This document shows, one piece after another, positions 52,179 to 62,133 of a stretch of DNA of 64,000 nt. The translations under genes were made by a program, and so were the position numbers. Source of the stretch: an uncultured Alphaproteobacteria bacterium (lineage in GTDB: Bacteria > Pseudomonadota > Alphaproteobacteria > M2410). The stretch's first letter is position 1, and the number at the start of each line of letters is the position of its first letter. The stretch is from the NCBI GenBank assembly GCA_965603015.1, contig CBFDBJ010000003.1, positions 8,013-72,012 on the forward strand, given 5' to 3'. The notes beneath the pieces were generated by a model. The model made no database searches. It was not told the origin of the DNA and saw nothing but the letters and a program-made list of their open reading frames with translations.

Positions 52179-52310
52179 GGGATCACCCTTTCTGCAGACC
52201 TGTCTCATACTGTTTGATCAATCTCTGGCGTGCTCGTGTCAAGATCTTTGGTCGACAGATGTTGGCACATGAGGCTGGTATCGCGATCCTTTATTCGCTA
52301 TCCAGGGGAC

Positions 52311-53462
52311 ATGAAGTCTTTTGATATTGTCATTATTGGCGGCGGCATTGCCGGGGCGTCACTGGCCTGGCGGCTGGCACGGGAGCCAGGGGGGCGTTCG
52401 ATCGCCCTTCTGGAAACCGAGGGTCAGCCAGGGCAGCACGCGACAGGCCGCTCGGCAGCGTTCTTTTCGGAGACCTATGGCAACGAGACGATCCGTGCCC
52501 TGACAACGGCCAGCCGCGTGTTTTACTATTCACCGCCGGAGGGTTTCTCGGAGACGCCGTTGCTGGCGCCCAGCGGTGCGCTTTTTATTGCCCGCAAGGA
52601 CCAGTTGGCGGCGCTTGAGGAACACTATCAATCCACCCGGGTTCTGACGCCGAGCATTGAAAAGCAGACACGCGACTTTGCCCTTTCGCTTGTGCCCGTG
52701 CTGGAGCCGGACGCGGTTGAGGCGTGTGTCTGGGAGCCGGACAGCCAGGCGATCAATGTCCATGAGCTGCTGCAGGGCTACCTGCGCGGCGCGCGGGCGG
52801 GTGGCACGCAAATCCTGACCCGGCGCACAGTCACCGGCCTTGAGAACCGGGGCGGCTCCTGGGCTGTGACAACTGGCGACGAGACTATTGAGGCCGGGCT
52901 TGTGGTCAATGCCGCCGGGGCCTGGGCCGGACAGGTCGGCGCGCTTGGCGGCGCGCTTGATATCGGTCTTGAGCCGCTGCGCCGCTCGGTCTGCGTGATC
53001 GATCCCGCAAAGGCCGACGGTATTGAGGGCGATATCTCCGGCTGGCCTCTGGTTCTGGATGTGGACGAGGCGTTTTACTTCAAGCCCAGTGGCGGCATGA
53101 TCTGGCTGTCGCCTGCCGACGAAGATCCCAGCCCGCCGTGCGATGCAGCGCCCGATGAACTGATCCTGGCGCAGGCGGTCGATCAGCTTGAGCGCGCCAC
53201 CGGCATTCGGGTGCGCCGGTTTGAACACAAGTGGGCGGGCCTGCGAAGCTTCGTCGCGGACCGCACCCCGGTGGTCGGGTTCGACCCGCTTCAGGATGGG
53301 TTTTTCTGGCTGGCGGGGCAGGGCGGCTATGGCATCCAGACATCCCCGGCGCTGTCAGAGGTGGCTGCGGAGCTGATCCTGGGCCGCGGCCTGCCGCCGG
53401 CTTGCACCAAAGCGGGCGTCACGCTTGAGGCGCTCGACCCGAAGCGACTTCAAGTGGTTTAA
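52311..53462 (+). CDS. FAD-dependent oxidoreductase (DAO family)
   Basis: DIVIIGGGIAGASLAWRLA dinucleotide-binding motif at the reset start (MKSFDIV...). Confidence 0.8.
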   Translation: MKSFDIVIIGGGIAGASLAWRLAREPGGRSIALLETEGQPGQHATGRSAAFFSETYGNETIRALTTASRVFYYSPPEGFSETPLLAPSGALFIARKDQLAALEEHYQSTRVLTPSIEKQTRDFALSLVPVLEPDAVEACVWEPDSQAINVHELLQGYLRGARAGGTQILTRRTVTGLENRGGSWAVTTGDETIEAGLVVNAAGAWAGQVGALGGALDIGLEPLRRSVCVIDPAKADGIEGDISGWPLVLDVDEAFYFKPSGGMIWLSPADEDPSPPCDAAPDELILAQAVDQLERATGIRVRRFEHKWAGLRSFVADRTPVVGFDPLQDGFFWLAGQGGYGIQTSPALSEVAAELILGRGLPPACTKAGVTLEALDPKRLQVV

Positions 53463-53484
53463 GCGGCTAATGATCAGCCTGTAA

Positions 53485-53898
53485 TCAGCTGAAAATATCG
53501 AGCAGCGTGTCCTGCATCTGGCCGACCGTCCGCACAACATTGGCGGAGGCCTTGTAGGCGTGCTCGGCGACCATCATATCCGTGAGCTCATATTCCAGCG
53601 AAACATCAGACGGCTTTTCAGGCGGTCGATCCTGAGGTAAATTGTCAAAAGGCAGCGACAATTGCTGCGCCAATTGCTGTGGCTGAGCAGGGGCGGCAGC
53701 CCCGCCGGATTCCTGGTTGGTAACTTGATCCACCGGCAAACGCTCGGATACCACGGGACCACTGCCGGTGGATTGCTGTACCACTTCGGAAGCTCTATAG
53801 CCCGGGGTCAAAACGTTGGCCACGTTGTCGGCGCGGATCGCGAGGCGATCAGCGGCGGCATTCATTCCGGCTACGGAAGATGTTAATGCAATGCTCAT
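53485..53898 (-). CDS. flagellar basal-body rod protein family (FlgB/FlgC-like), orphan
   Basis: N-terminal Flg_bb_rod signature LAIRADNVANVLTPGYRA. C-terminal rod motif VSLEYELTDMMVAEHAYKASANVVRTVGQMQDTLLDI. Gln/Pro-rich linker between them. Confidence 0.55.
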   Translation of the reverse strand: MSIALTSSVAGMNAAADRLAIRADNVANVLTPGYRASEVVQQSTGSGPVVSERLPVDQVTNQESGGAAAPAQPQQLAQQLSLPFDNLPQDRPPEKPSDVSLEYELTDMMVAEHAYKASANVVRTVGQMQDTLLDIFS

Positions 53899-54179
53899 GG
53901 CCGAAGCCTACGACAGCACCAACGATGTGTCAAGTTTTCTCAAGTAAAAACAATGGTTTACGAAATTTAACCATCCGTATCCGGATGATAGTTAAGGGGA
54001 TGTAAACAAAATATTTCAATTTGTCTTAACGGCTTGGCGCGCGGGTTACAGCGACATCAAAGACCATCTGCCTTCAAAACCACCTGCCTGACAGGTCCCT
54101 TTGTCTGAAAAATCCGGGATGGTTCAGGTATGATCCGCGACCCTGCGCGCAAGCGAACAGGGCCGATCCGACCTGATCA

Positions 54180-54199
54180 TGATTGATCATGATCAATCA
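54180..54199. promoter_or_regulatory. perfect 20-nt palindrome tgattgatcatgatcaatca
   Basis: Exact reverse-complement symmetry. Contains two GATC. Confidence 0.5.
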
Positions 54200-54245
54200 G
54201 GGCCCTTAACCAATTTGCAGCGGATTCGAATGTCGGGATAAAGTA

Positions 54246-54293
54246 GAGCGGAACAGATCCTATGAAGGGGTCGCGACTGGATCTGTTCCGCTC
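54246..54293. promoter_or_regulatory. hairpin with perfect 15-bp stem (gagcggaacagatcc - 18 nt - ggatctgttccgctc)
   Basis: Read directly. No U-tract, so not a canonical terminator. Followed by a second 7-bp stem, ttgctct-aattaacgcc-agagcaa. Confidence 0.5.
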
Positions 54294-54438
54294 GAAGCTC
54301 TGTTGCTCTAATTAACGCCAGAGCAATGCAGACCTCGCAAAGACCATGCCAGGCACGCGGCGCGCGCAATATCCTGTATTTTTTCCATAATTTGGCTTTC
54401 GAGCAACTTTGAAGAGAACTTCCGGGGTGGTCTTTGCA

Positions 54439-54472
54439 TTTTGCAATTCGATTTGCAAATCGAATTGCAAAA
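54439..54472. promoter_or_regulatory. perfect 34-nt palindrome ttttgcaattcgatttgcaaatcgaattgcaaaa (candidate operator)
   Basis: Exact 34-nt dyad built from TTGCAA and TCGAA modules. Ends about 50 bp upstream of the FliL-like ORF. Confidence 0.55.
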
Positions 54473-54524
54473 CACGATTCCGGCTCTGGCGCTATCATGG
54501 GCCAGGTCCACCTCCCCTTAACGC

Positions 54525-55064
54525 TTGTCGCCTATGGTCGGAGCCATGAAAACACCAGCAACAAAGGTTAATGGCATGAGGACGTCACAGATCCCGGGTC
54601 TGAGGCACCGCTCTTTGAGCCGCCAATTGTCCTTCAGTATTACCCACAGCCTGATGGCGCCCCTTATACTGTTACTGGTGTTATCATTCCATCACGAGAG
54701 CGCACTGGCCGCCAGCGGCGGGGGCAACAGTGGCGGTGGTGGAGGCGGCATGGACAGGATGGTGGCCATTGTGCCGATGCCCATCACGATCATCCATCAG
54801 TCCAGGATCAAGGGCATCCTGATGGTGGAATTTTATCTCGAGGCTCCGGACGGAGCCGAAGCAGGACGGATCAATCAGTTGATGCCACGGCTGATGGATG
54901 CCTATCGGACCGGGCTGACCGAGTTTGCGGTGAACGAAGTTCGCCTTGACCGGCCGGTTGATCTGGATCGCCTGGAGCTTTATCTGAACCGCGAAACCCG
55001 CAGCGTCACCGGCAACACGGGCGCCCGCGTCATCTACAAGCAAATCATGGTTCAAAGAAAATAG
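54525..55064 (+). CDS. FliL-like flagellar basal-body-associated protein (start uncertain)
   Basis: TM segment APLILLLVLSF. Gly-rich linker. FliL-like C-terminal pattern ...IKGILMVEFYLEAPD...INQLMPRLMDAYRTGL...ARVIYKQIMVQ. The true start is probably one of the internal Mets. Confidence 0.45.
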   Translation: MSPMVGAMKTPATKVNGMRTSQIPGLRHRSLSRQLSFSITHSLMAPLILLLVLSFHHESALAASGGGNSGGGGGGMDRMVAIVPMPITIIHQSRIKGILMVEFYLEAPDGAEAGRINQLMPRLMDAYRTGLTEFAVNEVRLDRPVDLDRLELYLNRETRSVTGNTGARVIYKQIMVQRK

Positions 55065-55072
55065 ATCCGGCG

Positions 55073-57049
55073 CTAGTTTCCGATGTGCTTGTCGAGAAAC
55101 GCTTCCAGCTCGGTGAGAGCACGTATCCGGTTTTTTTCAAATGACAGATTGTGATCACCACCTTCAAAGATGACAAGCTTGTACGGTTTGTTTTCCTTTT
55201 TCAGGCGTTTAGCCATGAGTTTCGACTGATCTACCGGAACAACCCGGTCGTTTTCGCCGTGCATTAGAAGAATTGGTATTGCTATTGCGTCGACGTTGTT
55301 TGCTGGCGAGGTGTCACGGAGACGACCACTGTCATCCCACCGATCACCAATTCGGGGATCATTGCCGTCGTTGAATTTGAACGCACCCCAATGGGCCAGA
55401 AGTTTCTTAACATCCGACACTCCGCCAAAGCTGGCCGCACACTGATAAAGATCGGATGTCTTGACGGCACCCATGAGCGCTGCATAACCGCCGTAAGAGC
55501 TGCCGACGATGCAAATGCGCTGCGGATCAGCAATACCCTGCGCAATCAAGGCAAGGGTCCCGTCGGTCAAATCATCCTGCATCGCAAGACCCCATTGATG
55601 ATGACCGGCCTCCTCGAATTCCTTGCCATATCCGGTTGACCCTCTGAAATTGGGCTGCAACACAGCATAGCCCCGACTCGCGAGAAACTGTGCCCGGTAA
55701 TTGAAGGCCATGGTATCGCGCGAGTTTGGCCCGCCGTGAGGCATGACGACTGTCGCGTAGGGGCCGGGCCCGACCGGTCTGGTCAGGTAGCCGGGGATAG
55801 CAAGGCCGTCGCGTGCCACAAATTCGAAAGGCTCAACGGGCATCAATTGCCGGCCCTTGAGCAGGGGGTACTTGCGAGCGATCTCGACAACACGGGCCTC
55901 ATTTTTCAAGTAAAGAAACCAGGTCCCTGGTTCATTACCATTGCTTGAGAGTACAGCCCATTTCTGGCCAGCGCTGTCCCTGCTGACCAATGTGGTCTCA
56001 TTTCCCGGAAGCAGTTTATTCACAGCTTCGGCTGCGCGCTTCCAGGCACTGTCAAAGTATGTGGACCGCGGGTAGTGATCCACATACCAGACCCCAACGG
56101 CGACACTGCCGGCTTCGTCAAGCCTGACGCCGCCAGCATCTAGCTTGTCGTTTGAAAATACCGTACGAATAACTTTCGAAGATGGCAGATCGAGCAGGTG
56201 AATCTCTTGCCGACCACCCGCCCCCTTGCTGCTGACGAACAATCTGTTTGGATCTTTGCTGAATGCAAGGGCTGAGTAGCCGCCCAAACCGTCTATGTCG
56301 TCATCCAGTATCTTGCGCCAACCCGACTTTTCCTTATCCTTCAGCTCGGTGATGAAATCGCGCTGATTTACTCGATACCTATACCTGATCCGCACATCCC
56401 CATCGGCATCTGCCTCGTACCCGCCGATTTTGCTATCCTTGCCGGAAACAACTCTCTTGAGGCCCCCGGTATAAACATCAAGCTTGTAAACCTGCAGTTC
56501 CCATCCATTGCCCTCCCGATCCAGTTCAATCAGAATGTTGTCCGGGTCGTTCGGAAGTATATGCAGAACTCTGTCCTGCAATTGTGCAACCCGACCACTG
56601 GTCAATTCAAACTTCGACTTCGTGGCACGCCTGGCCTTCGGTATCATCTGTTTGTTGCGCAGGTCGCTGTCCATGGCCACCATGCGGGTTTCAACTACTC
56701 CGGTACCCCCTCGATATGCGGGGATCTCCAGAACCGCAACCAGACGCGTGTCATTGACCCAGAAGATCCGACTGAGCTCTTCATCAAGCTTCTTTCTGCC
56801 CTCAAAGGTCAGGACCTTAACGTTTTCTCCCGGCGTTCCATACATGTCATAGACTGTCAGAACCTTGGCTCCCTTGTAGGTCTGGATTGCAGCGTAGTGC
56901 GTTCCGCCAGGGGAGAGTTTGACCGACTGAACCATAGGCAGCTGCCCAAAGGCCTCAACCGGCGGCGGCGTGGTGGCTGCAAGGGCCGAACTGCAGAACA
57001 ACGCCGTCACTATTGAAAATACCGCCGAATATCTGGACACGCCTGCCAC
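55073..57049 (-). CDS. S9 family serine peptidase (periplasmic beta-propeller plus alpha/beta-hydrolase)
   Basis: Signal peptide. Motifs GSSYGGYAAL (GxSxG) and PILLMHGENDRVVP. 658 aa. Confidence 0.85.
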   Translation of the reverse strand: MAGVSRYSAVFSIVTALFCSSALAATTPPPVEAFGQLPMVQSVKLSPGGTHYAAIQTYKGAKVLTVYDMYGTPGENVKVLTFEGRKKLDEELSRIFWVNDTRLVAVLEIPAYRGGTGVVETRMVAMDSDLRNKQMIPKARRATKSKFELTSGRVAQLQDRVLHILPNDPDNILIELDREGNGWELQVYKLDVYTGGLKRVVSGKDSKIGGYEADADGDVRIRYRYRVNQRDFITELKDKEKSGWRKILDDDIDGLGGYSALAFSKDPNRLFVSSKGAGGRQEIHLLDLPSSKVIRTVFSNDKLDAGGVRLDEAGSVAVGVWYVDHYPRSTYFDSAWKRAAEAVNKLLPGNETTLVSRDSAGQKWAVLSSNGNEPGTWFLYLKNEARVVEIARKYPLLKGRQLMPVEPFEFVARDGLAIPGYLTRPVGPGPYATVVMPHGGPNSRDTMAFNYRAQFLASRGYAVLQPNFRGSTGYGKEFEEAGHHQWGLAMQDDLTDGTLALIAQGIADPQRICIVGSSYGGYAALMGAVKTSDLYQCAASFGGVSDVKKLLAHWGAFKFNDGNDPRIGDRWDDSGRLRDTSPANNVDAIAIPILLMHGENDRVVPVDQSKLMAKRLKKENKPYKLVIFEGGDHNLSFEKNRIRALTELEAFLDKHIGN

Positions 57050-57215
57050 CCCCGTTTGAAAACACCCTTGTTGGTCGTGGCGAGGTTAATGGGGTCACAA
57101 CCGGAGCGCAACTGTAGCCGCCACATACTTGCAAGACATTGAGTGGCGCGAAATCGGGGGGCTGCTCGGAAAATCGTCAGATTCAGGCTTTTCGCAGTGC
57201 AGCATTATCCGTTAG

Positions 57216-57248
57216 AGTGCCTGTGGAGTGCCTGTAGAGTGCTCGTGG
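57216..57248 (+). promoter_or_regulatory. three tandem 11-bp repeats AGTGCCTGTGG / AGTGCCTGTAG / AGTGCTCGTGG upstream of mutA
   Basis: Read directly, about 55 bp upstream of the mutA ATG. Candidate binding-site array. Confidence 0.35.
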
Positions 57249-57303
57249 CAAACTGGCCGGGGCGCGAGCCTCTGGCCCAAACAAAAACAACAAGAAGAAT
57301 GCA

Positions 57304-59238
57304 ATGAGCGAAACAGCCGATAGCACAGGGCAAGCCCTGAACCTTGACCTCAGGGACGACGGGGGTTTTCCGGTGATCGACGAGGCGGCGTGGCGCGGCC
57401 TTGTGGACCAGACCCTGAAGGGGGCGGATTTTGACAGGCGCCTGGTAAAGAAAACCGCCGATGGCATCGCCGTCAAGCCGCTTTACGGCGCTGCGGACAC
57501 CTGCGGCGAGACCGGCCTGCCCGGCCAGATGCCGTTTACGCGCGGCGGTGCGGCGGCGCACGCGCTGTCGCGGCCATGGGATATTACCCTGCGGGTCGAG
57601 CATCCTGACCTTGCCCAAGCCAATGCGATCATCCTCGAGGGTCTGGAAGGCGGCGTCAGCCATCTTGATCTGGTGATCGCCGATCACACCCAGGGCGGCC
57701 TGACGATCAGGGACAAGGCGGACATGGAGGCCCTGATGCAGGGGGTCGACCTGTCGCTGATATCTGTTTCGATTACCGGCGGCGAGGATGCCGGCATGGT
57801 GTCGCGCTTTGTGGCGATGATCGGCGGGCCAAAGGTTGTCAAAGGCGCCATTGGCCTTGATCCGCTCGGGGCTCTGGCGACCCGGGGCGGCCTTGCCAAA
57901 AGCCTTGAGGAAAGCCTTGGCTTTGCCGGCTCTGTGGCGCAGCAGACAGCCGGTATGACCGATACCTTCCGTACCATGAGCGTCGATATGCGCGGCTATG
58001 ATGCGGCGGGGGCCTCACCTGCCCTGTCGCTGGGGATTGCCATGGCAAGCGGCGTGACTTATTTGCGCGCGCTAGAGGCGGCCGGACTTTCGATTGATAC
58101 CGCTGCGAAGCAAATTTCTTTTACCCTGACCACAGATACCGATTTGTTTGTGTCCATCGCTAAATTGCGGGCGGCACGGACCTTGTGGGCGCGCATTGTT
58201 ACCGCTTCAGGCGGCACGCCAGACAGCGCAGCGATGGTCATCGGGGTTGAGACGGCAAGTCGGGTCATGGCGCAGCGCGATCCACATACCAATATCCTGC
58301 GCACGGCGATTGCCGGGTTTGGTGCAGCAATCGGCGGCGCCGACGCGCTTTCGATTTTGCCGTTCACTCACGCCCTCGGGTTGCCGAATGAGCTGGCCCG
58401 CCGGGTTGCACGCAACATCCATGTCCTGCTCGCCGAGGAGACAAACCTTGGCCGGGTGATCGATCCGGCGGGCGGTTCCTTTGCGCTTGAGCGCCTCACC
58501 GATGACGTGGCAGCGGCGGCATGGCGCCATTTTCAGGAGATTGAGGAGCAAGGCGGCATGGCCGCAGCCCTGACCTCCGGGTGGGTCCAGAGCCGCATCG
58601 CAGAGCTCGACGCCGCGCAGGCGCGCGACGTGGCGACACGCAAGATCACGCTGACCGGCGTCTCCGAGTTTCCGGACATTGCCGGGGCTGTGGTGGATCT
58701 GGAGCCGCGCCGCCGCCCTGACACTAACGGGGCAGACATTGCCGCGCCGGAGTTTGTCATTCAAGTTGAGGCGCTTGAAGCGAGGCGTCTGGCGGAACCC
58801 TTTGAAGCCTTGCGCGACCGGGCCGATGCGCACGCCAAATCCAGCGGTGCAGCGCCGTCGATCTTCCTTGCCAATATTGGCCGCCTTGCCGACTTCACGG
58901 CGCGGGCCGGGTTTGCTCAAAATATTTTTGAATCAGGCGGCATCCAGGCACGATCCGGAGAGGGGCATACCAGTGCTGCAGACGTCGTAAAAGCTTTCAA
59001 GGCCAGCGGCACGTCTGCCGCTTGCCTGTGTTCGAGCGATGCTCTTTACGGGGAGCATGCGACCAACTTTGGCAAGGCGCTGAAAGACGCCGGAGCGAAA
59101 CTGATCTTCCTGGCCGGCAATCCGGGCGAGGCGCGCGCGGCTTATGAGGCCGCCGGGGTTTCACACTTTATCCATGTCGGGACGAATGTCCTCGAAGCGC
59201 TCGCAGAAGCGCAAGACGCCTTAGGAGTTCCCGCATGA
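57304..59238 (+). CDS. mutA: methylmalonyl-CoA mutase small (beta) subunit
   Basis: 644 aa with MCM-beta architecture. Overlaps the mutB start by 4 bp. Confidence 0.85.
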   Translation: MSETADSTGQALNLDLRDDGGFPVIDEAAWRGLVDQTLKGADFDRRLVKKTADGIAVKPLYGAADTCGETGLPGQMPFTRGGAAAHALSRPWDITLRVEHPDLAQANAIILEGLEGGVSHLDLVIADHTQGGLTIRDKADMEALMQGVDLSLISVSITGGEDAGMVSRFVAMIGGPKVVKGAIGLDPLGALATRGGLAKSLEESLGFAGSVAQQTAGMTDTFRTMSVDMRGYDAAGASPALSLGIAMASGVTYLRALEAAGLSIDTAAKQISFTLTTDTDLFVSIAKLRAARTLWARIVTASGGTPDSAAMVIGVETASRVMAQRDPHTNILRTAIAGFGAAIGGADALSILPFTHALGLPNELARRVARNIHVLLAEETNLGRVIDPAGGSFALERLTDDVAAAAWRHFQEIEEQGGMAAALTSGWVQSRIAELDAAQARDVATRKITLTGVSEFPDIAGAVVDLEPRRRPDTNGADIAAPEFVIQVEALEARRLAEPFEALRDRADAHAKSSGAAPSIFLANIGRLADFTARAGFAQNIFESGGIQARSGEGHTSAADVVKAFKASGTSAACLCSSDALYGEHATNFGKALKDAGAKLIFLAGNPGEARAAYEAAGVSHFIHVGTNVLEALAEAQDALGVPA

Positions 59239-61412
59239 GCCAGATCCCTGATTTCACACAAGTTGCACTTGAGGCAGATGCTTCCCCGGACGCGGCGAAG
59301 TGGGCGCAAGCTGCAGAGGCTATACGCGGCGAGGAGGCCCTCACATGGGAGACGCCGGAGGGCATTCCGGTCAAGGCGCTCTACACCGCCGAGGACGTGA
59401 AAGGCCTTGATTACCTCGACACATATCCCGGTTTTGCGCCGTTTATTCGCGGGCCCTACCCGACGATGTATGCCACGCGGCCATGGACGATCCGGCAATA
59501 TGCCGGGTTTTCGACCGCCGAGGACTCCAATGCGTTCTACCGGCGCAATCTGGCGGCGGGACAAAAAGGCCTGTCGGTGGCCTTCGATCTTGCGACCCAC
59601 CGCGGTTATGATTCCGATCATCCGCGCGTTGCCGGCGATGTCGGCATGGCGGGGGTTGCGATCGATTCCATCTACGACATGCGCACATTGTTTGCGGGCA
59701 TTCCGCTCGACGAGATGTCCGTCTCGATGACCATGAACGGCGCGGTGCTTCCCATACTCGCGCTTTATATTGTCGCGGCAGAAGAACAGGGCGTGCCCCC
59801 GGAAAAACTGTCCGGCACGATTCAGAACGATATTCTGAAAGAGTTCATGGTGCGCAATACCTATATTTATCCGCCGACGCCCTCGATGCGGATTATCTCG
59901 GACATCTTTGCCTATACCTCAAAGAACATGCCGAAATATAATTCGATCTCGATCTCCGGCTATCACATGCAGGAAGCCGGGGCGAGCGCGGACCTGGAAC
60001 TGGCCTATACGCTGGCGGATGGTCTGGAATATGTCCGCGCCGGGATCAAGACCGGCCTTGATGTCGATGCCTTTGCGCCGCGCCTGTCCTTCTTCTGGGC
60101 CATTGGCATGAACTTCTTCATGGAGATCGCCAAGATGCGCGCGGCGCGGCTGATCTGGGCGAAGATGATCCACGAGTTCAATCCGAAGAATGAGAAATCA
60201 CTGTCGCTGCGCACCCATTGCCAGACCTCCGGATGGTCGCTCACGGCGCAGGATGTCTACAATAATGTAACGCGCACAGCCATCGAGGCCATGGCGGCGA
60301 CGCAGGGCCACACCCAGTCGCTGCATACCAATGCGCTTGATGAAGCGCTCGCCCTGCCGACGGATTTCTCGGCGCGGATCGCACGCAACACGCAGATCCT
60401 GATCCAGCAGGAAACCGGCACCTGCCGCATTATCGACCCGTGGGCGGGCTCATACTATGTTGAGAAGCTGACCCACGATCTTGCCGCCCGCGCCCTCGTC
60501 CACATCAATGAAGTCGAAGAAATGGGCGGCATGGCCAAAGCCATCGAGGCCGGTATCCCGAAGATGCGGATCGAGGAAGCCGCGGCGAAAACCCAGGCCC
60601 GGATCGACACCGGGACCCAGACCGTGGTCGGCGTCAATAAATATCAGGTGAGCGACGATGCTGTGCTTGACGTGCGCAAGGTGGATAATTCCGCGGTGCG
60701 GGCGCAACAGATTGCCTCGCTCAAAAAACTGCGCGCCTCGCGCGACCAGCCGGCCTGCGATGCAGCGCTGGAGGCCCTGACAAGGGCAGCGGCGAGCGGC
60801 GACGGCAATCTGCTGGCGCTGGGCGTCGATGCGGCGCGCGCCATGGCCTCGGTCGGAGAGATTTCCGATGCGCTGGAAAAGGTCTATGGTCGTCACCGGT
60901 CCGATATCAAAACCATCAGCGGGGTCTATGCACAAGCCGTGAACAAGAATTCAAAAAATATCAAACGGGTCCGAGACCTCGTCGAAAGTTTCGAGACCCA
61001 TGAGGGTCGCCGCCCGCGCATTCTCGTTGCCAAGATGGGCCAGGACGGCCACGACCGCGGCCAGAAGGTGATCGCCACGGCGTTTGCCGATCTCGGCTTT
61101 GATGTCGATATCGGCCCCCTGTTCCAGACCCCCGAGGAAGTGGCGCAGCAGGCGGTTGAAAACGATGTCCACATGGTCGGTGCCTCGTCGCTCGCCGCCG
61201 GACACCTGACACTCATCCCGGCGCTGAAAAAGGCGCTGACCGCGCTCGGCCGTGACGACATCATGATCGTCGTCGGCGGCGTCATCCCGTCGCAGGATTT
61301 TGACGCGCTCTATGCAGCGGGCGCGAAGGCGATCTTCCCGCCGGGTACGGTGATTGCCGACGCGGCGGTGAAGCTGCTGGAAGATTTAAGCGCGGCGCTC
61401 GGGGTGGAGTGA
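59235..61412 (+). CDS. mutB: methylmalonyl-CoA mutase large (alpha) subunit
   Basis: 725 aa. Substrate-binding barrel. C-terminal B12-binding domain with DxHxxG motif [17 protein letters not shown], ending ...[15 protein letters not shown]. Confidence 0.95.
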   Translation: MSQIPDFTQVALEADASPDAAKWAQAAEAIRGEEALTWETPEGIPVKALYTAEDVKGLDYLDTYPGFAPFIRGPYPTMYATRPWTIRQYAGFSTAEDSNAFYRRNLAAGQKGLSVAFDLATHRGYDSDHPRVAGDVGMAGVAIDSIYDMRTLFAGIPLDEMSVSMTMNGAVLPILALYIVAAEEQGVPPEKLSGTIQNDILKEFMVRNTYIYPPTPSMRIISDIFAYTSKNMPKYNSISISGYHMQEAGASADLELAYTLADGLEYVRAGIKTGLDVDAFAPRLSFFWAIGMNFFMEIAKMRAARLIWAKMIHEFNPKNEKSLSLRTHCQTSGWSLTAQDVYNNVTRTAIEAMAATQGHTQSLHTNALDEALALPTDFSARIARNTQILIQQETGTCRIIDPWAGSYYVEKLTHDLAARALVHINEVEEMGGMAKAIEAGIPKMRIEEAAAKTQARIDTGTQTVVGVNKYQVSDDAVLDVRKVDNSAVRAQQIASLKKLRASRDQPACDAALEALTRAAASGDGNLLALGVDAARAMASVGEISDALEKVYGRHRSDIKTISGVYAQAVNKNSKNIKRVRDLVESFETHEGRRPRILVAKMGQDGHDRGQKVIATAFADLGFDVDIGPLFQTPEEVAQQAVENDVHMVGASSLAAGHLTLIPALKKALTALGRDDIMIVVGGVIPSQDFDALYAAGAKAIFPPGTVIADAAVKLLEDLSAALGVE

Positions 61413-61447
61413 GAATCCGAACCTGTTGACTTTCCGAAAGAAGATGC

Positions 61448-61954
61448 ATGCTCGATTTTATTACTGGCTTCGAAGACCCCGAAATTCAAAAAAGGGCTTT
61501 TCGAGTCTATCTGGTTTTTGTTGCAAGCTTGTTTGCGCTGGCAATCCTGTCGGTCGCACTGGGGTATGTATTCAGCTCAGAGTTTCGGAGCGAGGCTTCC
61601 TTAAGTAGCCTGCTCACGCAAGTTTTCATGATACCGCTCTTGGCGGGCTATACAGCCTGGCCGTTTGGCGTCTATCGACATTGCCCGGATCCAATTTCCA
61701 CAAAAATCGCAATCGGATTTCCGATGATGCTGGGAACTCTCTTCGGACCTCTCATGATTGTTGTGATGCTGACAATGCCGCCGGTGGAGCAAGAGGCGTC
61801 TCTAAGCCTGATTGAGCTTTTTCTTGTTCCTCTGTTCTTTAGTGCTGTTGGTCCCTTGATGATGGGATTCATGAGCTCTGCCGCTTTGTTTTCTTTGCGG
61901 GTGGTCTTGAAAGGAAAATTGAGAGTCGCCGCACCTAATCCGGACAATGGATGA
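61448..61954 (+). CDS. hypothetical 4-TM membrane protein (cassette 1)
   Basis: 168 aa. ATG after GAAAGAAG. AT-richer than mutB. No family recognised. Confidence 0.5.
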   Translation: MLDFITGFEDPEIQKRAFRVYLVFVASLFALAILSVALGYVFSSEFRSEASLSSLLTQVFMIPLLAGYTAWPFGVYRHCPDPISTKIAIGFPMMLGTLFGPLMIVVMLTMPPVEQEASLSLIELFLVPLFFSAVGPLMMGFMSSAALFSLRVVLKGKLRVAAPNPDNG

Positions 61955-62104
61955 TCGGCGGCGGCGACGGCGGCGGCATCCCGCCCCAAGACTTCGACGA
62001 GCTCTATGCCTCGGGCGCCAAAGCGATTTTCCCTCCGGGCACGGTGATTGCCGATGCGGCGGTGAAGCTGCTGGAAGATTTGAGTGCGGAGTTGGGAGTG
62101 GAGT
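61955..62104 (+). pseudogene. orphan diverged copy of the mutB 3-prime end (encodes [51 protein letters not shown])
   Basis: About 80 percent nucleotide identity to mutB 61283..61412, including synonymous differences. Ends in a TAA at the position homologous to the mutB stop. Confidence 0.75.
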
Positions 62105-62133
62105 AATACAGGTCAACCGGAAATGACTTTGAA

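Noticed and set aside
54215-54232. gcggattcgaatg resembling a tRNA T-arm (GGTTCGAATCC)
   Set aside because: No acceptor stem or anticodon arm can be built around it. It is isolated similarity in a palindrome-rich region.
57050-57303. Possible cobalamin riboswitch upstream of mutAB
   Set aside because: No B12-box-like element or conserved riboswitch stems were recognised. mutAB is a B12 user, not a typical riboswitch target.
57205-58920. 160-aa and 237-aa - strand ORFs inside mutA
   Set aside because: Antisense to the methylmalonyl-CoA mutase beta subunit.
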